Below are positions 20,496 to 30,924 of a stretch of 64,000 nt of DNA, piece by piece. The notes under the pieces are model-generated. The model had not been told where the DNA came from, did not search any database, and saw nothing but the letters and a program-made list of their open reading frames with translations. The stretch comes from Gemmatimonadota bacterium (GTDB lineage: Bacteria; Gemmatimonadota; Gemmatimonadetes; Palauibacterales; Palauibacteraceae). The translations under genes were made by a program, and so were the position numbers. Location: contig DATHRZ010000012.1 of NCBI GenBank assembly GCA_035464655.1, positions 4,225 through 68,224 on the forward strand. Reading direction: 5' to 3'. Numbering within the stretch: position 1 is the stretch's first letter; every line of letters starts with the position of its first letter.

Positions 20496-21674
20496 TCAGT
20501 GTCTCCATGCGGTCGACACGTTCAGCAGGATGCCCGTCGCCGCCAGCGTCAGCACGAGATTCGTGCCACCGGCGCTGATGAACGGCAGGTTGACGCCAGT
20601 CGTGGGCAACAGGCCGAGCGCCACACCCATGTGGGCAAAGGCGGACAGCGCAACCAGGGCCGTGATGCCGACGGCCAGCAGGCGCCCGTACATGTCGGGG
20701 GCGCCGCGCGCGATTCGCAGGCCGATCAGCGTCCAGGCGACGAACAACACGATGAGCAGGACGGCGCCGATGAAGCCCCATTCTTCGGCGATGATCGAAA
20801 AGATGAAGTCGTTCTGGGGTTCGGGCAGAAACTCCATCTTCAGGCTGCTGCGCCCGAACCCGACACCGGTGAGGCCTCCCGAGCCGATGGCGATCAACGA
20901 CTGCCGAAGCTGATAGCCGCTGGTCGCCGCGACCGACGACGGATCGACGAATGTCGAGATGAACGCGCCGATTCGTGCCCGCCGATACTCCGAGGCGAGC
21001 GCCGCCACGAGGCCGAGTGGGACGACGACGGCCAGCCCGAGCGCGAAGTGGGTCAGCCGCGCACCGGCCACGAACAGGACGACGCCAGCGAGCGCGGCGA
21101 TCCACAGGGCCGCCGAGAAATGAGGCTCGAGCAGGACGAGCCCCGAAACGGCGCCGACCACGAGGAGAATCGGCAGAAGTCCTTCACGAAAATCGTGCAG
21201 CTGGTCCTGCTTCTTCACGCAGATCGCGGCCGTCCAGATCACGACGGCGAGCTTTGCGAGGTCGGAGGGCTGGACGGTAATCCCGAGGGTAAGCCAGCGG
21301 CGAGCCCCGTTCCACTCCGGCGCGATGGCCTCGGTGCCGGGCAGCACGAGGGGCACCAGCAGCGCCGTCGCGACGGCGAGAATCGGCCACGCGAGCTTCT
21401 GGTACAACCGGTAGTCGACAAGGCTCGCGGCAAACAGCGCCACGAGACCGACGGCGGCACGGCTCGCCTGTCCGAACAGGAAGTGCCCGTCCTGCAGCCC
21501 GCGCGTGTGCGCCACGTAGGCGCCGGCGCTGTAGACCGACAGCAACCCGAACACGACGAGCACCAGAGTCAGTCCGAGCAGGGCGCGACCGGGCACGGTG
21601 GCACCCGAGCTCGGGCGCACCGGAAAACCTCGCAGCCCGAAGGCCGATCCGCGGGTGCCACTCACCGCGCTCAC
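20496..21674 (-). CDS. ftsW: peptidoglycan glycosyltransferase FtsW (SEDS family)
   Basis: Ten TM segments; GTG start overlapping the murD stop (GTGA); ORF-track extension rejected. Confidence 0.85.
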   Translation of the reverse strand: MSAVSGTRGSAFGLRGFPVRPSSGATVPGRALLGLTLVLVVFGLLSVYSAGAYVAHTRGLQDGHFLFGQASRAAVGLVALFAASLVDYRLYQKLAWPILAVATALLVPLVLPGTEAIAPEWNGARRWLTLGITVQPSDLAKLAVVIWTAAICVKKQDQLHDFREGLLPILLVVGAVSGLVLLEPHFSAALWIAALAGVVLFVAGARLTHFALGLAVVVPLGLVAALASEYRRARIGAFISTFVDPSSVAATSGYQLRQSLIAIGSGGLTGVGFGRSSLKMEFLPEPQNDFIFSIIAEEWGFIGAVLLIVLFVAWTLIGLRIARGAPDMYGRLLAVGITALVALSAFAHMGVALGLLPTTGVNLPFISAGGTNLVLTLAATGILLNVSTAWRH

Positions 21675-23065
21675 GACAGATCGGCCTCGGCCAGGGTTCG
21701 CACGGCCCGCGTGAAGGCCTCGCCACGAACCTCGTAGTTCGGATACATGTCGAAGCTCGAACAGGCGGGAGAGAACAGCACGACGTCGCCGGGTTCCGCA
21801 TGACGCGCCGCCGCACGCACGGCAGCCTCCATACCGTTCTCGACCGAGACCCTGGGCGCCGCGTTCTCCAGCTCGCCGACGATTCGGGGTGCCGCTTCGC
21901 CGAACGCGACGATCGCGCGAAGGCGATCCTCCGCCGCCTCGGCGATCGACGAGTACGACTCGCCTTTGTGACGTCCGCCCAGCAGCAGGATGATCGGACG
22001 GTCGAACGACTGCACGGCGGCTCGCGAGGCCGCCACGTTCGTGGCTTTCGAGTCGTTGAGCCACAGGACATCGCCGTAGGTGCCGACCTCTTCGAGCCGG
22101 TGCGGCAGGCCCCGCCCCTGGCGCAGGCCCGGACCGACGGCATCGGCCGCGCAGCCCGCCAGGCGGGCCACCAGCCCCGCCGCGAGAGCGTTGGCGACGT
22201 TGTGCCGGCCGATCAGCGGAAACTCCGCCTCCGCCAGCCAGTCCTCCGTCGTTCCCGATTCGATGCGCGCCCGGAGGATTCCGTCTGTCGCCAGCCAGGC
22301 GCCGCGCTCGACTTCGTGCTCGGTGGAGAACGCATACGTGCCGGCTCCGGGCGCTCCGGCCGCGAGATCGAGGACGCTCTCGTCGTCGGCGTTCAGCACC
22401 CAGCTCGTCTCGGGCCCGCCGGCGCTGAACAGGCGCTGCTTGTCGGCGTAGTAGGCCTGCAGGTCTCGGTACCGGTCGAGGTGGTCGGGAGCGAGATTCA
22501 GCATCGCGCCGATGTCCATCCGAAAGCTCTCGAGGTCGGCGAGCTGGAAACTGCTCAGCTCGACCACCACCCAGTCGGGCTGCTCGTCTTCGATCGCCGT
22601 CCACGACAGGGGCCGGCCGATGTTGCCGCCCGCCACGGCCGATGTCCCGCTCGCCTCCAGCACGTCGGCGGCGAGCTGTGTGGTCGTCGTCTTTCCGTTC
22701 GTGCCCGTGATTCCGATCACCCGGCTCCGCAGGGCGCCGTATGCCAGCTCGACCTCCGCGATCGTGCGGATGCCGGCCGCCGAGATCTCCTGCCGCACCT
22801 CGGAGAACGGGCTGATGCCGGGGCTGACGACGACCAGGTCGGACGCGAGGATGCGGTCCATGTCGTGCCTGCCCGCCTCGGCGTCGATTCCTTCGGAACG
22901 GAGCGCCTCGGCGGCGGCGCTCTGCTCGACGCCGGCGAACGCGTCGCTGGCGTACACCTCGGCCTCGCGGCGCGCCGCGAGTCGCGCCGCCGCCGTGCCC
23001 GACACGCCGAGCCCGAGGACGCTCACCTTCGCACCTGACCGGAACGGCATCTCGCGCTCGATCAT
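21671..23065 (-). CDS. murD: UDP-N-acetylmuramoylalanine--D-glutamate ligase
   Basis: GITGTNGKTTTT; ATGA overlap with mraY; only the C-terminal 464 aa of the 940-aa open frame is the gene. Confidence 0.9.
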   Translation of the reverse strand: MIEREMPFRSGAKVSVLGLGVSGTAAARLAARREAEVYASDAFAGVEQSAAAEALRSEGIDAEAGRHDMDRILASDLVVVSPGISPFSEVRQEISAAGIRTIAEVELAYGALRSRVIGITGTNGKTTTTQLAADVLEASGTSAVAGGNIGRPLSWTAIEDEQPDWVVVELSSFQLADLESFRMDIGAMLNLAPDHLDRYRDLQAYYADKQRLFSAGGPETSWVLNADDESVLDLAAGAPGAGTYAFSTEHEVERGAWLATDGILRARIESGTTEDWLAEAEFPLIGRHNVANALAAGLVARLAGCAADAVGPGLRQGRGLPHRLEEVGTYGDVLWLNDSKATNVAASRAAVQSFDRPIILLLGGRHKGESYSSIAEAAEDRLRAIVAFGEAAPRIVGELENAAPRVSVENGMEAAVRAAARHAEPGDVVLFSPACSSFDMYPNYEVRGEAFTRAVRTLAEADLS

Positions 23066-24168
23066 CGGACCTTCAGTGTCGCGAGCGCGACGAGGGCGAA
23101 CATGATTCCGAGAATGTAGAAGCGGATCACGACGCGCGTCTCCGGCCACCCGAGCTGCTCGAAGTGGTGGTGCAGCGGGGCCATGCGGAACACGCGCCGT
23201 CCGGTTCCCGTGCGCTTGCGAGTGATCTTGAACGTCGTGGTTTGAATCAGCACAGAAAGAGCCTCCAGGACGAACATTCCACCGACGACCACCAGGAGCA
23301 GTTCGGACTTGAGCAACACGGCGACCGTTCCGATTGCACCACCGAGCCCGAGGGCTCCCGTGTCGCCCATGAACACACTGGCCGGGGGTGCGTTGTACCA
23401 CAGGAAGCCGATCGCCGCGCCGGCGACCGAGACGCAGAACACCGTCAGCTCGCCCGCACCCGGCAGGTACGGAAGGCCGAGATAGTACGAGGTGTCGATG
23501 CGGCCCATCACGTAGGCGAACAACGCCATCGCGAGGGCGGCGATCGCGGACAGGCCAGCCGCCAGGCCGTCGAGGCCGTCGGTGAGGTTCACCGCGTTCG
23601 AGAACCCGGCCACGACGATGGCGATGAACAGCGGAAAGAAGAAGGGCAGGAGCACGAGCTCGACGTTCTTCAGGAACGGTACCATCCGGTGCGTCACGTC
23701 GCCGCCGGGGAGCGGAAGCCAGAGCAGAAGGAGCCCGAACGAGAGACCCGCCACGAACTGCCAGATGAGCTTGTGGCGTGCGATCAGGCCTCGCGACTCG
23801 TGCCGCACGACCTTCAGGTAGTCGTCCGTGAAGCCGATCAGGCCCGTGACGATCGTCATCGCGAGCGCGGCGTGAATGTACCAGCGATCGAGCGGCGCCC
23901 ACAGCAGGGTCGACACGACGATGGATACCAGGATGATGATCCCGCCCATCGTCGGAGTCCCGGCCTTGTGGTGGTGCGTGCGCGGCCCTTCGACGCGAAC
24001 GACCTGGCCGATGTTGTACGCCTCCAGGCGCCGGATCACCGGGGGGCCGGCGACGAACGCCACGAGCAGCGCCGTGACCATCGCACCGGCGGCCCGAAAC
24101 GAGATGTACTGGAACACGTTGAAGATGATGTGCCGGTCGGCCAGCGGGAACAGGAGATGATAGAGCAT
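23062..24168 (-). CDS. mraY: phospho-N-acetylmuramoyl-pentapeptide transferase
   Basis: Ten TM helices; DDxxD-type motif; MAPLHHHFE. Confidence 0.95.
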   Translation of the reverse strand: MLYHLLFPLADRHIIFNVFQYISFRAAGAMVTALLVAFVAGPPVIRRLEAYNIGQVVRVEGPRTHHHKAGTPTMGGIIILVSIVVSTLLWAPLDRWYIHAALAMTIVTGLIGFTDDYLKVVRHESRGLIARHKLIWQFVAGLSFGLLLLWLPLPGGDVTHRMVPFLKNVELVLLPFFFPLFIAIVVAGFSNAVNLTDGLDGLAAGLSAIAALAMALFAYVMGRIDTSYYLGLPYLPGAGELTVFCVSVAGAAIGFLWYNAPPASVFMGDTGALGLGGAIGTVAVLLKSELLLVVVGGMFVLEALSVLIQTTTFKITRKRTGTGRRVFRMAPLHHHFEQLGWPETRVVIRFYILGIMFALVALATLKVR

Positions 24169-25553
24169 CAGGCGGCCTCGCCGTTCGCCCTGGCGACCAG
24201 CGATTCGACGACACGTTCGAGCCGTTCGCCGCGCGACGCCTTGACGAGCACGACCTCGCCGGGCGCCGCCCCCGACAGGAGCTCCTCGACCACCGCCTCC
24301 ACGGTGTCCGCGGCGGAGACGTACACGGCATCCTCGGCCATCGACGTCTCGGACACGGCGTCACCGAACGCCGCGCGAAATTCCCCCAGGGGAAACAGGC
24401 GCCCGAACCCCGCCTCGACGAGGCGCTTCGCGATCGCGCGATGCGCCGCCGGAGCGTCGAGCCCGAGCTCGAGCATCGAACCCACGACGGCACTGCGAGG
24501 CCGGCCCGGAAACGACGTTTCGCAGAACCGGATCGCGGCTTCGAACGACTCGGGGTTCGCGTTGTAGCAGTCCGCGACGATCGTCAGCTCGCCGGCGCGC
24601 ACGACGGCGCCGCGCATCCCTACCGGTCGATAGCGTGACAGGCCCCTCGCGGTTGCCTCGCCCGAAGCGCCGACCGCGGTGGCCAGCGCCGCGGCGATGA
24701 CGGCGTCACGAAGATGGTGCTCGCCGCCCACCTGCAGGGCGTAGGTAACGCCACCCTGGTCGAAGCGCACACTCTCGGCGCCGGTCTCGAAGCGCTCGGG
24801 CCGGAAGTCGGAGGTCTCCTCGAGGCCCGCCACGATCACGTCGTCCCGGATCCGACGGGCGGCCGCCGGCAACATCGGCGGCACGTCGCCGACCACGACC
24901 CGACCCGCCGGCTGTGCGCCCCGCACCAGGGACAGTTTCTCGCGCAGGATACCGTCGACGTCGCCGAACCCCTCGAGGTGGGCCTGCCCGACCGTGGTCA
25001 CGACGGCATCGTCGGGTTCGGCGATCGCGGTAAGGCGCGAGATTTCGCCGGGGGCGTTGCTGCCCATTTCGAGCACCCAGTAGTCGGCGCCCGGCGTGGC
25101 CCTCAGGATCGTCAGCGGCAGCCCGGTGAGGCTGTTGAGGTTGCCCGGGGTGGCCCAGGTGTCGCCGTGCTCGGCGAGTGCGAGGGCGAGCATTTCCTTC
25201 ACCGTCGTCTTCCCCGAGCTGCCGGTCACGGCGGTGACCCGCGCTCCGCTCCGGCGGCGCGCGAACCGCGCCAGGTCGCCCAGCGCCCGGAGCGTGTCGG
25301 GAACGGCGAACAGTTCGAGGCCCTCGACGTCGAAGGAACGCCCGGCGGGAACGATCGCCCCTGCGGCCCCGCGTCGTGCCGCCTGCCCCACGAAGTCGGC
25401 ACCGTCGACCCGTTCCCCCGGCAGGGCGACGAACAGCCCGCCGCGCTCCACCTCGCGCGAATCGATGGCCACCGACGAGTAGTGCCGGGCCGAGTCGCCC
25501 CGTGACAGGCCGAGGGCCCGACGCACCTCGTGGCTCTCGAAGCGAGCGCTCAT
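24168..25553 (-). CDS. murF: UDP-MurNAc-tripeptide--D-alanyl-D-alanine ligase
   Basis: GSSGKTTVKE P-loop; Mur ligase middle and C-terminal domains. Confidence 0.85.
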   Translation of the reverse strand: MSARFESHEVRRALGLSRGDSARHYSSVAIDSREVERGGLFVALPGERVDGADFVGQAARRGAAGAIVPAGRSFDVEGLELFAVPDTLRALGDLARFARRRSGARVTAVTGSSGKTTVKEMLALALAEHGDTWATPGNLNSLTGLPLTILRATPGADYWVLEMGSNAPGEISRLTAIAEPDDAVVTTVGQAHLEGFGDVDGILREKLSLVRGAQPAGRVVVGDVPPMLPAAARRIRDDVIVAGLEETSDFRPERFETGAESVRFDQGGVTYALQVGGEHHLRDAVIAAALATAVGASGEATARGLSRYRPVGMRGAVVRAGELTIVADCYNANPESFEAAIRFCETSFPGRPRSAVVGSMLELGLDAPAAHRAIAKRLVEAGFGRLFPLGEFRAAFGDAVSETSMAEDAVYVSAADTVEAVVEELLSGAAPGEVVLVKASRGERLERVVESLVARANGEAA

Positions 25554-27091
25554 CCGCCGCCCCCGATCAGCGAACTCACGACGGCCGCTTCATCGAACGG
25601 CAGCTTCTCGCCGCCCACGTCCTGGTAGGTCTCGTGCCCCTTCCCCGCGAGGAGCACGACGTCCCCCGCCTCGGCCCCGGCGAGCGCGACTTCGATCGCC
25701 TCCGCCCGGTCGTCGATCACCTCGGCGGAGCCGGCCGGAAGCGACGACAGGATGTCGCCCATGATCCGCTCGAGCGGCTCGGTACGCGGGTTGTCGGTCG
25801 TGACGATCACGCGATCGGCGCCCGCGACTGCCGCCTCCCCCATCAGCGGCCGCTTTCCGCGATCTCGATCGCCTCCGCAGCCGAACACCACGGTCAGCCG
25901 CCCCGGGGCCAGGCGGCGCAAGGCGGCGAGCGCACGTGTCATCCCGTCCGGCGTGTGCGCGTAGTCGCGCACGACGAGGGGTCCGGGGGGGCCGGCCAGG
26001 GTCTCCATGCGTCCGGGCACCTGGGGGGCGGTCGCCAGCCGGTCCGCCAGGGCGTCGAGCGAGACGCCCACGGCGTAAGCGGTCGCCGCGGCGCCGAGAG
26101 CGTTGGATACGTTGAAGTCGCCGAGCAGCGGGAGCCGAACGTCGACGGCACCACCGGGCGTGGCGAGACGCCAGGAGCTGCCGTCCGCGCCGTGCCGCAC
26201 CCCTTCGGCCCGCACGTCGGCTTTCTCGTGAAGTCCGAACCGGACGCAGCGAATCGGCTCGAACTCGGCCGTCCTCCAGGCGGGGTCGTCGGCGTTCACA
26301 ATCGCGACGCCTTCGTCCTCCAGGTGATCGAGAAGCCGCAGCTTCGCGGCGAGATACGACGCCATGTCGGGATGGTAATCGAGGTGCTCGCGGCTCAGAT
26401 TCGTGAACAGTGCGGCGGCGAACCTCACCGCGTCGACGCGCCGCTGGTCGAGCGCGTGCGACGAGACCTCCATGGTGAGCCACTCGGCGCCCGCCGAACG
26501 AGCCTCCGCGAGGTCGTCGTTGAGCTGAAGCGGCCCGGGCGTCGTCATCCGCCCCCGCGGCGAGCGCGAGCCGTCGGGCAGCCACAGGCCGAGGGTCCCG
26601 AGCGCCGCCGCGGGACCCGCCGCCCCCAGCAGGTGCCGAAGAAGGAGCGTCGTCGTCGTCTTGCCGTTGGTGCCGGTGACACCCACGACGCGGAGGAGGG
26701 TCGCCGGATCTCCGGCTGCGAGGGCCGCGAGGTGAGCCGTCGCCACGCGCGACTCCGGCACCCGGAGCAGGGGAATCTCCGTCTCAATCTCACGCTCCAC
26801 CACGGCCCCCGCGGCGCCCGCCGCGGCGGCGGCGGCCACGAACGCGTGTCCGTCCACCAGGGTTCCGTCGATCGCGCAGAACAGGTCGCCACGGCCGACA
26901 CGCCGCGAATCCACGCGCAGCGCCGCGAAGCCCCCGGGAGGGCTCCCGATCCAGGCGAACGGAATCCCGCGTGCCCGGAGTCGCGCTTCGACGCTGTCTG
27001 TGGTGATCAATGGATCCGCACTTCCCCCATATCGGTTTGCACCTCGCCGGGCGGACCCGGGCCTCGCCGTCGCCAGCGCAGCCGGGTCCAT
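25550..27091 (-). CDS. murE: UDP-MurNAc-L-Ala-D-Glu--2,6-diaminopimelate ligase
   Basis: GVTGTNGKTTTT; DNPR motif (TTDNPRTEP) suggesting DAP specificity; exact start uncertain. Confidence 0.85.
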   Translation of the reverse strand: MDPAALATARPGSARRGANRYGGSADPLITTDSVEARLRARGIPFAWIGSPPGGFAALRVDSRRVGRGDLFCAIDGTLVDGHAFVAAAAAAGAAGAVVEREIETEIPLLRVPESRVATAHLAALAAGDPATLLRVVGVTGTNGKTTTTLLLRHLLGAAGPAAALGTLGLWLPDGSRSPRGRMTTPGPLQLNDDLAEARSAGAEWLTMEVSSHALDQRRVDAVRFAAALFTNLSREHLDYHPDMASYLAAKLRLLDHLEDEGVAIVNADDPAWRTAEFEPIRCVRFGLHEKADVRAEGVRHGADGSSWRLATPGGAVDVRLPLLGDFNVSNALGAAATAYAVGVSLDALADRLATAPQVPGRMETLAGPPGPLVVRDYAHTPDGMTRALAALRRLAPGRLTVVFGCGGDRDRGKRPLMGEAAVAGADRVIVTTDNPRTEPLERIMGDILSSLPAGSAEVIDDRAEAIEVALAGAEAGDVVLLAGKGHETYQDVGGEKLPFDEAAVVSSLIGGGG

Positions 27092-27095
27092 CGGC

Positions 27096-29120
27096 TCAGC
27101 GCAGGAGCACGAGGGCCCCCGGCACGATACGCGTGCCCGGAGCCGGCTCGGTACGCGCGACGCGACCCGATGCCTGATTCTCTACATGCAGCCCGAGCTC
27201 GTGCAGGCGAGCCACCGCCGCGCGAATACCGAGTCCCGAAAGGTCCGGAAGAACGACCTCTCCGCTCTCCGTGGCCGACGGCCTCAACCTCTCCACTTCA
27301 TCGCCCGGGGTCGGGTTCGTGGCGACGAGCCGAAACGGCTGTCCGTCGTCGGACCGCGAGGCACCGTCGTCGCGGGGCACACGCGCATCCCAGTCGTAGT
27401 GCCGTGCTGCCGGAGCCGCCACGCGCCCGGTTACGAGCCCCGATTCGGCGGCCGACAGGATCGCCTGTACGACCGTCCGACTCACCGGCGCCGCCGCGCC
27501 GCCTCCGTAGATCGTCGACTTCGGGTCGGTCAGCTTGGCGAGGACGACGAGCTGCGGATCGTCGGCCGGGACGTACCCCACGAACGACGCCACGTAGCGC
27601 CCCGAGGCGTAGCCGCCGTCCTCCGAGATCCGCGACGTACCGGTCTTTCCGGCGATGTCGATCGTCCTGAGCGCCGCTTCGTCCCCCGTACCCGAGCGAA
27701 CGACGCCCGCCAGGACACCTGTGATCTCTCTCGCCACATCGGCGGCCACGACCGTGCGCAACACGCGCGGCCGGTGCTCGAACAGCCGACGTCCGCTGGC
27801 GTCGCGCACGCTCTTGATCAGGGTCGGACGCAGGAGGATTCCGTCGTTGGCGAGGGCGCCGTACGCCGCCACGAGTTGCATCGACGTCACGGTCATTTCG
27901 TACCCGAAAGCCAGCGACTGGGGGCTGAGCGCCGTCCAGCGTTCTGGCCGGTGGAGCACGCCCGATGCCTCCGATGCCATCTCGATGCCCGTCGGGGTGC
28001 CGAAGCCGAAGTCGCGCAGGTAGGCGTACTGGAGCCCGTGGGAGCCGATGCGGTCGGCCAGCTTGGCGGCGCCGATGTTGCTCGAATACCGGATCACTTC
28101 CTCGACCGTCAGCGAGTCGTACTCGTGAACGTCGGTGATCATTCGATACGGGGTCTCGTACGTACCGCCTTCGACATCGATCGTGTCGTCGAGGCCCGCG
28201 ATGCCCTCCTCCAGCAGGGTGGCGAGCAGGAACGGCTTCGTGGTCGAACCCGGCTCGTAGGGATCGGTGAAAGCCGGAATCCGCTGTTGCGCACCTGCCG
28301 CATAGCTGGCGACCGCGAGCACTTCTCCGGTTCGCGGGTCGGCGAGGATCACGTCGCCCCCGCTCGCCCCGGTCGCGGCCAGGGCGTTTTCGAGCGCCCC
28401 CTCGGCGATCTCCTGCAGCTCCGCATCGATCGTCAGATAGACGTCGCGTCCCGGCTGCGGCGCGACCGAACCCGCGTGCCGCAGCGGATACGTTGCTCCG
28501 TGCGCGTCGCGACGGCTCGTCATCTCGCCCGGTACACCGGTCAGGAGACTGTCGAGCACGAGCTCCAGGCCCGACTGTCCCCTTCCCTTCGCGTCGAGAG
28601 CTCCCAGCAGACCCGCCGCCAGGCGACCTTCCGGATAGTTTCGCGCCGGCACGGGCTGGAAATGAAGCCCGCGTCTCACCGACTGCACGAGGCGCTCGCG
28701 CGTGCGCCCGTCGACGCGTCCGAGCGATACCCAGCCGCTCTCGGCGCGGCGCAGGCGCTCGAGGGCGCCGTGCCCGGGATCCAGCACGGCCTGGATGGCC
28801 GCGAGCGCCGCCTGTTCGTCGACGACTTCAGCCGGGGCATAGAACGCGGCGTGGTGTTCACGAGATATCGCGAGCGGGCGTCCATTGCGGTCGAACAATC
28901 CACCGCGCGCCGCCGGCAATTCACGGACCTCGGTCGTCTGCGAGATGGCCCTTGCACTCCACTGGTCACCCTGGAGAACCTGAAGCTGGAAGGCACGGGC
29001 GGTCACGAGCAGACCGGAGGCAAGCGCCGCCACGGACAGCAACCCGCAGCGGAATGCATGTGTGCGGGACAGCGCCCTTCCCTTCTTGCTCCTGTTGCGC
29101 CCGACTCGCTTCTTGCTCAT
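27096..29120 (-). CDS. ftsI: peptidoglycan D,D-transpeptidase FtsI (class B PBP) with C-terminal PASTA domain
   Basis: Dimerisation domain; S-T-T-K active-site motif; C-terminal approximately 60-aa PASTA-like segment (VVLPDLSGLGIRAAVARLHELGLHV...). Confidence 0.85.
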   Translation of the reverse strand: MSKKRVGRNRSKKGRALSRTHAFRCGLLSVAALASGLLVTARAFQLQVLQGDQWSARAISQTTEVRELPAARGGLFDRNGRPLAISREHHAAFYAPAEVVDEQAALAAIQAVLDPGHGALERLRRAESGWVSLGRVDGRTRERLVQSVRRGLHFQPVPARNYPEGRLAAGLLGALDAKGRGQSGLELVLDSLLTGVPGEMTSRRDAHGATYPLRHAGSVAPQPGRDVYLTIDAELQEIAEGALENALAATGASGGDVILADPRTGEVLAVASYAAGAQQRIPAFTDPYEPGSTTKPFLLATLLEEGIAGLDDTIDVEGGTYETPYRMITDVHEYDSLTVEEVIRYSSNIGAAKLADRIGSHGLQYAYLRDFGFGTPTGIEMASEASGVLHRPERWTALSPQSLAFGYEMTVTSMQLVAAYGALANDGILLRPTLIKSVRDASGRRLFEHRPRVLRTVVAADVAREITGVLAGVVRSGTGDEAALRTIDIAGKTGTSRISEDGGYASGRYVASFVGYVPADDPQLVVLAKLTDPKSTIYGGGAAAPVSRTVVQAILSAAESGLVTGRVAAPAARHYDWDARVPRDDGASRSDDGQPFRLVATNPTPGDEVERLRPSATESGEVVLPDLSGLGIRAAVARLHELGLHVENQASGRVARTEPAPGTRIVPGALVLLR

Positions 29121-29500
29121 CGCGTCCCACTGTCGGTGTTCAGGTTCACGCCTCCCACGATCACGACCTCGTCGTCCGTCGCCTGACGGAAGCCCCGCTC
29201 CTCGACGATTCGCGCGATCCGCTCGCGCGAAGTCAGCGACTCCACTCGCACGACTTCGTCGACGAGCGTTTCCTCGAGCAGCATCGTTTCGCGCCGCAGG
29301 TCCGCGAGCTGCTCGGCCAGCCGGGTACCTTCCGCCGTTCGGCGCACCGAGACCATCAGGCCGACCGGTATGGTCAGCGCGGCGAGCACCATGACGAAAC
29401 GCCGGCGGATCGCCCCCGGCCGCGCCGAGCGTCGGGCGCTCCGTCGCTTCTTCCCACCCCGACTACGCTTCTTCTTCCCCTTCGGGCTCCGGCTGCTCAT
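29117..29500 (-). CDS. ftsL: cell division protein FtsL-like
   Basis: Basic N-tail, single TM, short coiled coil; ATGA overlaps with rsmH and ftsI; canonical position in the cluster. Confidence 0.55.
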   Translation of the reverse strand: MSSRSPKGKKKRSRGGKKRRSARRSARPGAIRRRFVMVLAALTIPVGLMVSVRRTAEGTRLAEQLADLRRETMLLEETLVDEVVRVESLTSRERIARIVEERGFRQATDDEVVIVGGVNLNTDSGTR

Positions 29501-30435
29501 CCCCGCTCCCACCCGCGCAGGCGCGCGCTGCGGGCTCGCGGGTTCGCCTCGATCTCCGCCGCGCTCGGACGCAGCGGCTTCTTCGTCAGCACGCGCCCGA
29601 GTGCATGTCCCCTGCACCGGCAGATCGGCAACTCGGGCGGGCATACGCAGGCGCGGCTCCAGTCGCGAAACGCATGCTTCACGACCCGGTCCTCGAGCGA
29701 GTGATAGGCGATCACCGCGAAGCGTCCGCCCGGCGCGAGCAGGTCGCGCAACACAGGAAGTGTGTCCTCGAGGGCCTCGAGTTCGTCGTTCACGGCGATG
29801 CGCAGGGCCTGGAACAGGCGGGCCTTGGTGGCGGCGGTCAGACCGCCGCCGAGCGCGACCGTGCAGGCGGCGACGAACTCGTCGGATGTGACGAACGGTT
29901 CCGTCTTCCGGCGCTTGACGATCTCGCGCGCCAGGGGGCGCCACCGGCGCTCCTCGCCGTACTCCCTGAAGATCCTGCCGAGCTCGTCCTCGGTCGCCTC
30001 GTTTAGAATGAAGGCAGCGGTCCTCCTCCCGCCGGCTGTCCCGCCCATCCGCATGTCCAACGGTGTGCTCCGACGGAAGGAGAAACCGCGTGCCTGTTCA
30101 TCCAGTTGATGCGACGATACGCCCAGATCGAGCAAAGCTCCCCGCACGGGCATCGTCTCCGTTTCCGACGCCACGAGCCTCGCGGCGTCACGAAAGTCTC
30201 CGTTCACCAGCGTCGTCCGGTCCGCCCAGGGCGCCAGCCTTCGGCCCGCCGCGGCAAGCGCTTCGGGGTCCCGGTCGATGCCGACCAACCGGGCCTCGGG
30301 GTTCGCTCGCAGCAGCCGAGCCGCGTGGCCGCCCCCTCCCAGCGTCCCGTCTATCCATACGCCCCGTCCCTCGGGACGGAGCAAGTCGATCACTTCATCG
30401 GCGAGAACGGGCTCATGCGTGTACTCCGCGTGCAT
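29497..30435 (-). CDS. rsmH: 16S rRNA (cytosine1402-N4)-methyltransferase
   Basis: SAM-binding DGTLGGGGH; MraW family; 312 aa. Confidence 0.9.
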   Translation of the reverse strand: MHAEYTHEPVLADEVIDLLRPEGRGVWIDGTLGGGGHAARLLRANPEARLVGIDRDPEALAAAGRRLAPWADRTTLVNGDFRDAARLVASETETMPVRGALLDLGVSSHQLDEQARGFSFRRSTPLDMRMGGTAGGRRTAAFILNEATEDELGRIFREYGEERRWRPLAREIVKRRKTEPFVTSDEFVAACTVALGGGLTAATKARLFQALRIAVNDELEALEDTLPVLRDLLAPGGRFAVIAYHSLEDRVVKHAFRDWSRACVCPPELPICRCRGHALGRVLTKKPLRPSAAEIEANPRARSARLRGWERG

Positions 30436-30458
30436 CGCGAGCCTCGCCTCCTCGCCGA

Positions 30459-30890
30459 TCAGGCGAACAGCCGTCCGGCCACGTCACCCAGGTCACCCGG
30501 TGCGTCCTCGACGATCTCTTCGAACTTCGCCGGGCTCCAGATCTCGATCTTGTCGAGCGCGCCAATCAGCAGCGCCTCGCCGCCCAGCCCGATCGCCGAG
30601 CGCAGCCGCTCGGAGATCAGGATGCGACCCTGCTTGTCGGGAGTGACCTCCTGAGCCCTGGACGTGAGGGCGAGGACCTCGAGCCTGCGCTGAGGAGCCC
30701 GGCGCAGGTGATCGCGCATCCGCTTCTCGACGTCTTCCCACGCCTCGCTCGGGTAGAGCGTCAGCGCGTCGGGGTGCACCTGGATGAGGACGAACGACGC
30801 ACCGTCCGAGCCTTTTCGAAAGGCTGCCGGAAGCGTGACGCGCCCCTTTTCGTCCACCTGATTGAGGTGGCTCCCCAGGTATCCGCCCAC
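30459..30890 (-). CDS. mraZ: transcriptional regulator MraZ
   Basis: Two MraZ half-domains, each with a DxKGR-type motif (VDEKGRVTLP and TPDKQGRILI); start moved to GTG at 30890 (143 aa) because the ORF-track start would overlap its own operator. Confidence 0.85.
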   Translation of the reverse strand: MGGYLGSHLNQVDEKGRVTLPAAFRKGSDGASFVLIQVHPDALTLYPSEAWEDVEKRMRDHLRRAPQRRLEVLALTSRAQEVTPDKQGRILISERLRSAIGLGGEALLIGALDKIEIWSPAKFEEIVEDAPGDLGDVAGRLFA

Positions 30891-30924
30891 TGTGCTCCAT
30901 TGACGTCGCGGGTTGGAAGGCTGT

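Noticed and set aside
21671-24493. 940-aa open frame spanning murD and running antisense-frame through mraY. The 629-aa frame at 3687-5576 over alr and the 670-aa frame at 774-2786 over the OMP are similar.
   Set aside because: Only the C-terminal portions show homology. Internal starts with SD sequences or overlaps fit neighbouring genes. The extensions overlap other confirmed genes.
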